NCBI GenBank assembly: GCA_021791915.1
Contig: JAJYVQ010000002.1
Coordinates: forward strand, 434 to 64,433
Direction: 5' to 3'
DNA length: 64,000 bases
Source of the DNA: Actinomycetes bacterium
Lineage (GTDB): Bacteria; Actinomycetota; Acidimicrobiia; Acidimicrobiales; JABEUL01
A program made the translations under genes and the position numbers. The notes beneath the pieces were generated by a model. That model saw nothing but the letters and a program-made list of their open reading frames with translations, ran no database searches and was not told the DNA's origin. Positions 1 to 9,990 of this stretch are shown here, piece by piece (position 1 is the stretch's first letter; each line of letters opens with the position of its first letter).

Positions 1-107
1 TTGCACCTTGTCCGCCCTCTGTATCAGGATAAATGAACCTCGGAGAACCATTAAACTTTGGGGGTTAAGAAAAGAAGATTAAACAACGTAGATTCGTCAC
101 TCAAGAA

Positions 108-136
108 CTAAAAAAAGAAAAGGATTAAAGCCTTTT
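108..136 (-). terminator. candidate rho-independent terminator downstream of the Nudix gene
   Basis: On the minus strand, an AAAAGG-CTTTAAT-CCTTTT hairpin (6-bp stem) is followed by CTTTTTTTA. It lies about 85 nt past the stop at 220. Confidence 0.4.
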
Positions 137-219
137 AAAATACTATTAGCTATTTATTCACAGTTTGTTAAATAAGCCAACTGAGCCACTTGAGACGGTT
201 AGACCCAAAGTTAATCTTT

Positions 220-951
220 TTATGATGCCGTAGCAATCAAGTCCAACAAATCATAAATAATTCTTGCGGTAGCTCCCCATATTATGTGATCCTCGATCTT
301 AAAAAAATGCATTACTCTGAAATCTGTTTTTGAAAAATGCCAAACTTCACGGGAATAAACGTCTTGGGTAATCAATTTAGCTATTTCAAAAGTAAATATT
401 TCTGTAACCTCAGAGCTTAATCTATAGTTAATCTCTTCGGTAATTTTTCCGACAACTGGAACAATCAGATTAGACATACCAAGAGTATACAAGTGCTTGA
501 ACTGCCCGACTAAAGAAACCGTATCAGGTTCAACTCCAATTTCTTCATATGTTTCTCTCAAAGCTGTTTGATTTGGACTTTCGTTTAACTCTTTTTTACC
601 CCCAGGAAATGAGATCTGCCCGCTATGATTTCTTAAATTAGGAGAACGAAGGGTAAATAATATTTTTAATGTATCATCTTGATATATAAGCGGAACTAAA
701 ACTGCGGACAGTCTCGGAGGTGGAATACTTAAACTATTCACATCATTTGATTCTCTGATTTGAGAAGAGCTGACTTGAAAATCAGAATCAAATTCTTTAG
801 GCCAAATATATTTATCTGTTAAATGTCTCGAAAGAATATTTTCTAAAGGACCAATCTTCAAGCTACAAAGTTTATTAGATATTCTTTCAATATCTTCAGA
901 AGAGTCTTCAAAAGAAAAAAGAGCCGGTCTCGGTATGTTTTGGCTTACCAC
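220..951 (-). CDS. Nudix hydrolase (CoA pyrophosphatase-like)
   Basis: Nudix box GGKKELNESPNQTALRETYEEIGV (GX5EX7REUXEEXGU pattern) in the ORF translation. Confidence 0.75.
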   Translation of the reverse strand: MVSQNIPRPALFSFEDSSEDIERISNKLCSLKIGPLENILSRHLTDKYIWPKEFDSDFQVSSSQIRESNDVNSLSIPPPRLSAVLVPLIYQDDTLKILFTLRSPNLRNHSGQISFPGGKKELNESPNQTALRETYEEIGVEPDTVSLVGQFKHLYTLGMSNLIVPVVGKITEEINYRLSSEVTEIFTFEIAKLITQDVYSREVWHFSKTDFRVMHFFKIEDHIIWGATARIIYDLLDLIATAS

Positions 952-984
952 AGACCAGCTCCTTTCACTAACTTCTTTACAAAT

Positions 985-2912
<1,928 letters not shown>

Positions 2913-2935
2913 TTATTTCTCCTTTCAAATTAAAA

Positions 2936-2962
2936 TTAGCACTCTCATTCCCTGACTGCTAA
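2936..2962 (-). promoter_or_regulatory. CIRCE operator (HrcA binding site) upstream of groES
   Basis: TTAGCACTC-N9-GACTGCTAA has one mismatch to the TTAGCACTC-N9-GAGTGCTAA consensus. It lies 24 bp upstream of the groES start. Confidence 0.85.
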
Positions 2963-3134
2963 TTTTAGCAAACTTTAGAAGGCGTTCGTTCACACTTGAA
3001 ATTTATAGGGTCAAAATCCACTTTGAGCGTGAAATTAAAGTATCAACCTGTCCAATTTTACTCAGTAAAAAAGCCAACTGAAAGATCTAGAATATACTGT
3101 AAAATCCTAAAGGAGATAAGGTTAATTTTTAAGG

Positions 3135-4181
3135 TCAAGTATTATTATAAGAAAGTGGCAACGTAGAATATACAGAATCGGTAAATTCGCTTTTTCCTTC
3201 TTTGACATATCTAAAACCTGCCACAGCGCCGATCATTGCAGCATTATCCGTACAGTCTTTTTTTAACGGTATGATCACATCTATATTTTCTTGAAGTGCC
3301 AGACTTTCAGACTCTTTCCTCAACAGCGAATTCGCAGCTACCCCACCACCTATAATTAAAGTTTTCGACCTAAACTCATCAATTGCTTTTTTTACCCGCA
3401 AAAGAAGCATGTCTACGACAGCTGCCTGAAACCCTGCCGATATGTCAACAGTATCAACTTCTGGATTATTTTTTGAATATCTAATCACAGCAGTTTTTAA
3501 ACCAGAAAATGAAAGGTCCATGCTTCCTTTAATTTCTGCTCTCGGAAATTTTATCTTGTTAGAATCACCAAACTGAGCAGCCTTATCGACTGCAGGGCCT
3601 CCAGGAAAACCTAACCCGAGATATCTTGCAATTTTATCGAATGCTTCACCAGCTGCGTCATCTTGAGTTTGAGCTATTAGATGGTAACTACCCAACTCGG
3701 TCATACGAAGTAGTATGGAGTGACCTCCCGAGACCAATAGAACCAAAGCTGGAAGCTTCGGAGGAAAGTCTCTGTCCAAAAACGAAGCCAGCAGATGACC
3801 CTCGAGATGATTTACCCCTATGTAAGGCAACCCAAGGCTAAAAGCAAGTGCTTTTGCATATGATACACCTACCATCAAAGAACCCAAAAGACCCGGGCCG
3901 TGAGTAGCGCCAATTAAATCTATGTTTGCCAACCCTTTTATGTCAGCCACTTCCAATGCTTCATCTACAACATAGTTAATATTTTCGATATGAGCTCTTG
4001 AAGCAATCTCTGGAACTACACCTCCATATTTGGCGTGAATATCTATCTGCGATGATATCACCGACGACAAAGTTTTAGGCCTAAAGTTGTCTGCGATTTG
4101 ATTCGATCTGAAGTCGTCGTTAATATCAATAACCGCTACTGCAGTTTCGTCACAGGAAGTTTCTATCGCCAAAACTTTCAT
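3135..4181 (-). CDS. tsaD: tRNA N6-adenosine threonylcarbamoyltransferase TsaD
   Basis: MKVLAIETSCDETAVAV N-terminus and GVNHLEGHL motif, within the tsaE-tsaB-rimI-tsaD synteny. Confidence 0.93.
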   Translation of the reverse strand: MKVLAIETSCDETAVAVIDINDDFRSNQIADNFRPKTLSSVISSQIDIHAKYGGVVPEIASRAHIENINYVVDEALEVADIKGLANIDLIGATHGPGLLGSLMVGVSYAKALAFSLGLPYIGVNHLEGHLLASFLDRDFPPKLPALVLLVSGGHSILLRMTELGSYHLIAQTQDDAAGEAFDKIARYLGLGFPGGPAVDKAAQFGDSNKIKFPRAEIKGSMDLSFSGLKTAVIRYSKNNPEVDTVDISAGFQAAVVDMLLLRVKKAIDEFRSKTLIIGGGVAANSLLRKESESLALQENIDVIIPLKKDCTDNAAMIGAVAGFRYVKEGKSEFTDSVYSTLPLSYNNT

Positions 4182-4693
4182 TTAGACTCCAAACTTTGTC
4201 TTATCTTATCTAATCTAATTAGATATTGAGCTTCATGTAAACTGTCCAACAAATATACAATTGCGTCTTCTGAGGGTTGAGTATAGTATTTTTTTCTGAT
4301 TCCAACGGGTGCAAATCCAAATTTTTCATAAAGACCCTTTGCTTTGTCATTTGAAACCCTGACTTCTAAGATTACTTTAACTACTGCATTTGAAATAGCA
4401 TAATCCATAATTTCAACCATTAGTAATGTTGCAATTGAGAGTTTCTGATATTTTTTTGCTACTCCTATCGACAATATATGTGCTTCGTCATACAATATGG
4501 CACATATTGCATAACCGATAATCCCATCGGCACACCTAACAACCAAACAACAACGAGACTCGCTTTCGACTTCTGACAAAAATGTTTCGTAACTCCAAGG
4601 AGGATTAAAAAGTTGTTTTTCAATTTCAGTTACTTGACTTAAGTCTTGCAAATTCATTTTGTCAATCGTTAGAGAAATGCTTTCTACATTCAT
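4178..4693 (-). CDS. rimI: GNAT acetyltransferase, ribosomal-protein-alanine acetyltransferase RimI-like
   Basis: GNAT fold signature (ILSIGVAKKYQKLSIATLLM). It sits in the conserved position between tsaB and tsaD, with 4-nt overlaps on both sides. Confidence 0.8.
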   Translation of the reverse strand: MNVESISLTIDKMNLQDLSQVTEIEKQLFNPPWSYETFLSEVESESRCCLVVRCADGIIGYAICAILYDEAHILSIGVAKKYQKLSIATLLMVEIMDYAISNAVVKVILEVRVSNDKAKGLYEKFGFAPVGIRKKYYTQPSEDAIVYLLDSLHEAQYLIRLDKIRQSLESK

Positions 4694-5418
4694 TAGCTTC
4701 TAGTCTCCCATCCAATTATCACATTGGGACTGCGTACATAGTTAGGTTTTAGTTCGTTTGGGAGAACAAAGTTGTCTTTGGGACTTACCTGAGCAATTTC
4801 TGCTAAGACTTCAGCGCTCGGAAAATTAAAATAATCGTTTTTAATCACTTTCGCTTTAAACCTATGATTGTTTAAATTTAACTTGCACAAGCGCTCAAAA
4901 TACCTATTAACTCCAGAACCTACGAATGTAACAGTTCTCCCATCAAGATAATCTACTTTTTCTAAATCCGAAATGAAATCGTCGACAGATTTGGAAATTG
5001 GCAGACTTAGTTCATTTAAACCATTATTGCTCCCGTCATATATCGAATAATAAACTTCATCCCTTCTAGCATCTACTATTGGAACTACTATATCGCCGAA
5101 CAAAGAATTAGCCTGAACTGCAAGAATCTCCAGACTTGAGACGGGAAGAATTTTAATGTTTAGCGATTTTGAAATTGCCATAGCTGTTGCTATGCCAGTT
5201 CGTATACCCGTAAACAATCCCGGACCAACATCGACTGCAATTCCCTGAATGGATTTAATATCAATTAAAACTGAGTCAAGCAACTTCTGTATAGAAGGTA
5301 TCAATATTTCAACTTGTTTACTTAATTGACCGATTTTGATTCCTCCGATCAAATCTCCGTCAAAATTTAATACAACTGACAGTTGCGGAGTGGAAGTTTC
5401 AATTGCCAAAATTTTCAT
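4693..5418 (-). CDS. tsaB: t6A biosynthesis protein TsaB
   Basis: MKILAIETSTPQLSVVL N-terminus and GPGLFTGIRTGIATA motif. Confidence 0.85.
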   Translation of the reverse strand: MKILAIETSTPQLSVVLNFDGDLIGGIKIGQLSKQVEILIPSIQKLLDSVLIDIKSIQGIAVDVGPGLFTGIRTGIATAMAISKSLNIKILPVSSLEILAVQANSLFGDIVVPIVDARRDEVYYSIYDGSNNGLNELSLPISKSVDDFISDLEKVDYLDGRTVTFVGSGVNRYFERLCKLNLNNHRFKAKVIKNDYFNFPSAEVLAEIAQVSPKDNFVLPNELKPNYVRSPNVIIGWETRS

Positions 5419-5521
5419 AGCTTATCAATTTTTACATGCTTTATATACTTATCTTCAAGGGTAGTTCCATATTTACTTTTATTAACATAAACTCTTTTAA
5501 ATATCATTTTTTTAAGATCAT

Positions 5522-6040
5522 TTATTTTGAAATTTCTTTTTCTTTCCTGCTGAAATATAATCCGTCTACCATTACTTTTTTCACGTCATCTAATCTGTTT
5601 TGATCATGGCAATATACTTTCAAAAGTCTTTCATTTTCTACTTCACCGAAACCAAAAACTACTGTCAAAAAAACGTTTTCGACAAAATCAGCTATTTTGT
5701 TCCCCCATTCGATCAGACAAATTGAGTCTAAAAACTCGTCATCTAATCCTAAGTCCAATACTTCATATAAACTGTCCAATCTGTATGCGTCTATGTGAAT
5801 TAATTTGAGGTCACCTTCATATATAGCACCTATAATAAACGTCGGAGATACCACACTATCTTTGACGTGAAGAGCAGTAGCTACTCCCTTAACGAACTGA
5901 GTTTTACCAGCCCCTAAGTCACCAGTCAATATAACAGTATCTTTTGGTCTTAATATTGCTGAAATATCTTTGGCCACTTCCCGAGTCATTTCGGCTGAAT
6001 CGGTTTTAATTTCGACAACCAGTTCCGATGTTGAGCTCAT
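5522..6040 (-). CDS. tsaE: t6A biosynthesis ATPase TsaE
   Basis: P-loop GDLGAGKTQFVKG followed by SPTF. Size and synteny fit. Confidence 0.85.
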   Translation of the reverse strand: MSSTSELVVEIKTDSAEMTREVAKDISAILRPKDTVILTGDLGAGKTQFVKGVATALHVKDSVVSPTFIIGAIYEGDLKLIHIDAYRLDSLYEVLDLGLDDEFLDSICLIEWGNKIADFVENVFLTVVFGFGEVENERLLKVYCHDQNRLDDVKKVMVDGLYFSRKEKEISK

Positions 6041-6042
6041 TT

Positions 6043-6741
6043 TTAACCTAGAATCGATCTAACTTTTTTAAAATCTACTTCCATTAGATCTACCACAGAT
6101 TTACCACCCCGCAACGCAGCTGAAGGGTGAAATGTCGGCACCAAGGTAATATTTCTGTAACTATACAAGTTATTTCTCGCTTTTGTTATTCCTAGATCCG
6201 TATCGACTAATGCCCTAAATGCCGTATTCCCTAAGGTCAAAATTAATTTTGGATTTAGCAACTCAACTTGTTTGTTCAGATAAACCAAACAGCTGTTTAT
6301 TTCAATTTTAGTAGGGGTCCTGTTGTCTTTTGGTCTGCATTTAACTACATTTGCTATGTACAAATCTTCTCGCTTCATGTTTAAACAAGTTTCAATTAAG
6401 TGATCAAGCAACTTTCCCGATCGCCCTACGAAAGGACGCTTCTGTTGGTCCTCGAAAAACCCTGGTGCTTCTCCTACTATCAAAAGTTCAGGAGATATAG
6501 CCCCTTCTCCTAAAACAGCATTTTTTCTATCATTACAAAGTAAACACTTTTTACAAGCATCCACTTTCAGAGCCAGTTTTTGAAGTTCCGCAGTTTTAGT
6601 TTCTGATATTTTGTCCTGGGATATATTGTTCTGGGATATATTGTTCTGGGATATATTGTTCTGGGATATATTGTTCTGGGTGCCTCCACCCTCGGAAACT
6701 TTGTCGTCAAACAATAAAGGCAGACTAGTTCTTGAGTCCAT
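6043..6741 (-). CDS. family-4 uracil-DNA glycosylase (Fe-S type) with a repeat-bearing N-terminus
   Basis: GEAPGFFEDQQKRPFVGRSGKLL motif, CKKCLLC cysteine cluster and HPSAALR near the C-terminus. Confidence 0.85.
   Translation of the reverse strand: MDSRTSLPLLFDDKVSEGGGTQNNISQNNISQNNISQNNISQDKISETKTAELQKLALKVDACKKCLLCNDRKNAVLGEGAISPELLIVGEAPGFFEDQQKRPFVGRSGKLLDHLIETCLNMKREDLYIANVVKCRPKDNRTPTKIEINSCLVYLNKQVELLNPKLILTLGNTAFRALVDTDLGITKARNNLYSYRNITLVPTFHPSAALRGGKSVVDLMEVDFKKVRSILG
6603..6680. repeat. in-frame tandem repeat, 15-bp unit x about 4-5 (ctgggatatattgtt)
   Basis: Direct reading of the sequence. It encodes NNISQ x4 followed by DKISE in the UDG N-terminus. Confidence 0.9.
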
Positions 6742-8057
6742 CAGTTAATATACTCTTTCTTAAATGTATGTCCGAGATTTGTAAGCACTTCGTAACTTAT
6801 TGTATCTAATTTGTCAGCAATCTCATCGGCATCGATAGTTTCAAAGTCTTCCGATTTTGCAGATTCTGTAGTACCTGCTTTTGAAGATACTTTACTTTTA
6901 GAAATAAAATCTTTCTTTTGAGAACCTAGTATTACAACTTCAGTACCGATCTTCAGATTAGGGTTTAATTTTAGGGCGGTCACATCGACCATAATGTGGT
7001 TCATTGTTATATTTCCTACAATTTTACACCTGGTTCCGCAAATCAGAACTTCTCCCTGCATTTTGCTTAGAATACGGAAAAGTCCGTCTGCATAACCAAT
7101 CTGTACGACCGCAATTAGACTGCCTATTTCTGCCATATAGTTATGTCCGTATGAAACTCCCTGTTTTCTTTCAATAGATATTAAATTTTCCACCTTCGCT
7201 ACGAGAGACTTTACCGGTTTCAATACAAGTTTATTCTTGGAACTTAAAGCAATATCCTTAATCGACTTTGAGGGATAGTAACCGTATATTCCAATTCCGA
7301 ATCTGACCATGTCTCTTAATGAGTCTTCAATTGAAAGTCCCGCTGCCGTATTTGCTATATGACTGAAAAGTTCGATTTTAAAGTTCTTTGTAACCTCGTA
7401 AATGAACTCATCATATTTTTTGAGCTGAATCAAATTGTTTTGATGATTTTTGATATCAGCGGTAGCCATATGCGTCCAACAAGCCTCGATCATTACCAGA
7501 TTTTGATCGTTGGATAGTATCTCCATCAGCTCTTCTTTTCTACCCCCCAATCTGACCATACCGGTTTCCAATTTTAGATGGATGGGAACTTTGTCAGACC
7601 TTTTTTTAAAAAGTTCTTTTACTCCAAAATCTAGTTCGCTTCCAAAAATAAGATTGTATTTTGAATTCGGGGAATTTTTTAGTCTATTTAATTTTTCTAT
7701 AATCTTGGTCAAAGTTATGAAACTATTCACAGAAATAATCGTCAAGGTCAGACCGTATTTTATTGCCGGTTCAAATTCATCTAATGTAGGTTCACTTAAT
7801 AAAAGTATCGGACAACTCAAACCTGCTTTTCTGAGTTGCATTCCCTCTAAAACCGTTGCCACTGCCAAACATCCGGCTCCAGCTTCTATTGCAGCTTTTG
7901 AAACTTCTACTATCCCATGTCCGTATGCGTCTGCTTTCACGACACAGCACAATTTTGTTTTGCCAACCTGTTTTTTAAGATTTCTTACGTTTTGTTTTAA
8001 TGCAGAAAGATCGATTCGAACTACCGGTATGAAACTTGTTTTTGAATTTTTTGTCAT
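6741..8057 (-). CDS. alr: alanine racemase
   Basis: PLP-lysine motif VVKADAYGHG. At 438 aa it is longer than usual, with internal and C-terminal K/S-rich insertions. Confidence 0.88.
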   Translation of the reverse strand: MTKNSKTSFIPVVRIDLSALKQNVRNLKKQVGKTKLCCVVKADAYGHGIVEVSKAAIEAGAGCLAVATVLEGMQLRKAGLSCPILLLSEPTLDEFEPAIKYGLTLTIISVNSFITLTKIIEKLNRLKNSPNSKYNLIFGSELDFGVKELFKKRSDKVPIHLKLETGMVRLGGRKEELMEILSNDQNLVMIEACWTHMATADIKNHQNNLIQLKKYDEFIYEVTKNFKIELFSHIANTAAGLSIEDSLRDMVRFGIGIYGYYPSKSIKDIALSSKNKLVLKPVKSLVAKVENLISIERKQGVSYGHNYMAEIGSLIAVVQIGYADGLFRILSKMQGEVLICGTRCKIVGNITMNHIMVDVTALKLNPNLKIGTEVVILGSQKKDFISKSKVSSKAGTTESAKSEDFETIDADEIADKLDTISYEVLTNLGHTFKKEYIN

Positions 8058-8211
8058 TTTCGATAAGATTGCATTCTACGACTAAATCCCCAAACCATTG
8101 AATATACAACAGTCATTACAATAGCTATAAATTTAATAATTCCTGACTTTAAATTCAATTTCTTTAACTGTTATTCTACTTGCAACTAACTACTTTGGAA
8201 GGCTTAGCTGT

Positions 8212-8239
8212 AAGTTTAATGCGATCATGCATTAAACTT
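8212..8239 (-). terminator. perfect 11-bp stem hairpin downstream of nnr (possible U-tract-less terminator)
   Basis: AAGTTTAATGC-gatcat-GCATTAAACTT lies about 40 nt after the nnr stop. No clear U-run follows on the minus strand. Confidence 0.35.
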
Positions 8240-8277
8240 TATCTTCTACCATAAAAGTCAGTCAGGTTGTTTAAAGC

Positions 8278-9744
8278 TTACTTTTGGCGGAAGTACTCAT
8301 TCAAGCTTTCTACGATGGACCCAATCAGTTTAGATGAAGTTAATCCGAACTGATTAAAATCATCCCGATTCGAAATAGCATATAAACTCCTGTCTAGCCC
8401 ACCTTGAAACTTTGGGCGGGAACCTAGTGCATGAATAAATGCGCCAAAAGCGGTGATCTTAGTAAGCTCAAAGATCTCTTTGGACCCGCTTCTTGCAACT
8501 AGTCCCGTAATTAAACCTGTCAGGACGTCTCCAGTACCAGCAGTTGCTAAATTAGGTGCTCCCAAATTTACCAAAAAACTATCCGAGGCGGGGTTTGCAA
8601 CCGTTGTGGTTGGACCTTTTAGCAATACAATTGAGTTGGATTTTTTAGCAAACTTTTCTACGTCAGTCAAGTTAAAAGAGGTTGCAGAAGAGTTAGTTAA
8701 TTTCGCAAACTCTTTTGTGTGAGGGGTCAATATTTTCGGAGCCTTAACGGACTTCAAAAAATCTATTGGATCATTAAAACTTGCTACAGCAGTTAAAGCC
8801 GATGCGTCCAATACAACAGGTATATCTATTTTTTGCAAAAAATTACGAAGTTTTATAGTATCGTCTGCCGTTAAAATAAGCCCAGGACCTATTGCAACGG
8901 TTTTAAAGCGATGGATCCTATCCAACAGATCAAGATCCCAATCGGAAGTAAACCTCTGTGTAATGGCTTCGCTAGCAGTGATAGTTTTGGTAGTATTTAA
9001 GCTCAAAACCTGGACAATCGAAGCTCCAGTATTTATCGCACAAAAAGAAGTTAGGTTTGCTGCTCCCATCATATTTTCTGAGCCAGCTACTATCATTGCG
9101 GCATGCTTCCACTTGTGGTCGGTTTTATTTAATCTTAAGTTCAGATCTTTAAAATCCTCGTATTGAACTAAGTTCCTTTTGGAAGTTATTGAATCTACGG
9201 ACAAACTCTTAAAAACTACTTTCCCAGTATGAAGTAAGCCGCTGTTGTAAAAAAATCCAGGTTTTAAACCAACAAAGCTAACCGTATAGTCCGCTTTTAC
9301 AGCATTTTCGAATACTTCTCCAGTATCACAATTCAAACCTGTTGGAATATCTACTGATACCACTGGAATATTTGCATACTTTGGAAATTCAAATGGTCGC
9401 TTTAAACCCGTTCCAAACGCCGCATCGACAATCAAATCACAGTCTTCAATCAAATTGACACCACTTTTAGTGTCTAAGACTTTTACGCTGACATTGTTTA
9501 AACTAAGGTACTTTGCTGCTGTTTTTCCGTCGTCACCGTTATGACCTGGTCCTGCGACAACTACAACTCTTTTCTTGTAAGGGTTTTTAAGAATCTTTAA
9601 AACTTCGATATAAATTGAATAACCCGCACGGTTAATAAACTTATCTATCTCGTTATTTTTAGCTAAGTTCGAATCAAACTCTAAAAATTCGCTTCCCGTT
9701 AAAATAGGAATCATATTATGCCTACACCAAATGTACCGTTGCAT
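8278..9744 (-). CDS. nnr: bifunctional NAD(P)H-hydrate repair enzyme (epimerase / ADP-dependent dehydratase)
   Basis: YjeF-N-like N-terminal half, and a carbohydrate-kinase-like C-terminal half with a GTGDVLTGLITG motif. The true start may be the internal ATG at 9714. Confidence 0.82.
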   Translation of the reverse strand: MQRYIWCRHNMIPILTGSEFLEFDSNLAKNNEIDKFINRAGYSIYIEVLKILKNPYKKRVVVVAGPGHNGDDGKTAAKYLSLNNVSVKVLDTKSGVNLIEDCDLIVDAAFGTGLKRPFEFPKYANIPVVSVDIPTGLNCDTGEVFENAVKADYTVSFVGLKPGFFYNSGLLHTGKVVFKSLSVDSITSKRNLVQYEDFKDLNLRLNKTDHKWKHAAMIVAGSENMMGAANLTSFCAINTGASIVQVLSLNTTKTITASEAITQRFTSDWDLDLLDRIHRFKTVAIGPGLILTADDTIKLRNFLQKIDIPVVLDASALTAVASFNDPIDFLKSVKAPKILTPHTKEFAKLTNSSATSFNLTDVEKFAKKSNSIVLLKGPTTTVANPASDSFLVNLGAPNLATAGTGDVLTGLITGLVARSGSKEIFELTKITAFGAFIHALGSRPKFQGGLDRSLYAISNRDDFNQFGLTSSKLIGSIVESLNEYFRQK

Positions 9745-9990
9745 CTGAGTGACAAATGGTGAGCCTACTCACTAGATGCACCTTTTACAAGGTTCTTCCT
9801 TCGGGCTTCATTCTCACTCTCCCGAGGGTCGTTCTTGCCTCTCCGAGTACGGCCAGTATTGCTACCGGTCTTACGTTCTCTCTTCAGGTGATGAGTCAAC
9901 CCATCATCTGAACTGCCGCCTGTACCAAATCGCCTGGGAACGAGCGGGGCAGTGGACCCAACTGGCCCACAACTGATAACCGACCAGTCA
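9745..9990 (-). ncRNA. candidate omega RNA (TnpB guide RNA scaffold) at the element's right end
   Basis: Placement is by analogy: omega RNAs overlap the tnpB 3' end and run to the transposon end. GC-rich hairpins are visible, for example CCTTCGGG...CCCGAGGG at about 9798-9828. No covariance evidence is available. Confidence 0.3.

Noticed and set aside
1-107. Possible partial gene at the extreme left edge
   Set aside because: Only about 50-100 nt are available. Both a plus-strand ORF end (stop near 34-36) and a minus-strand ATG near 51 are conceivable. No motif supports either.
7510-8085. 191-aa plus-strand ORF antisense to alr
   Set aside because: It lies entirely within the alr coding region on the opposite strand. 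The S/F/L-rich translation is typical of antisense reading of an AT-rich gene.
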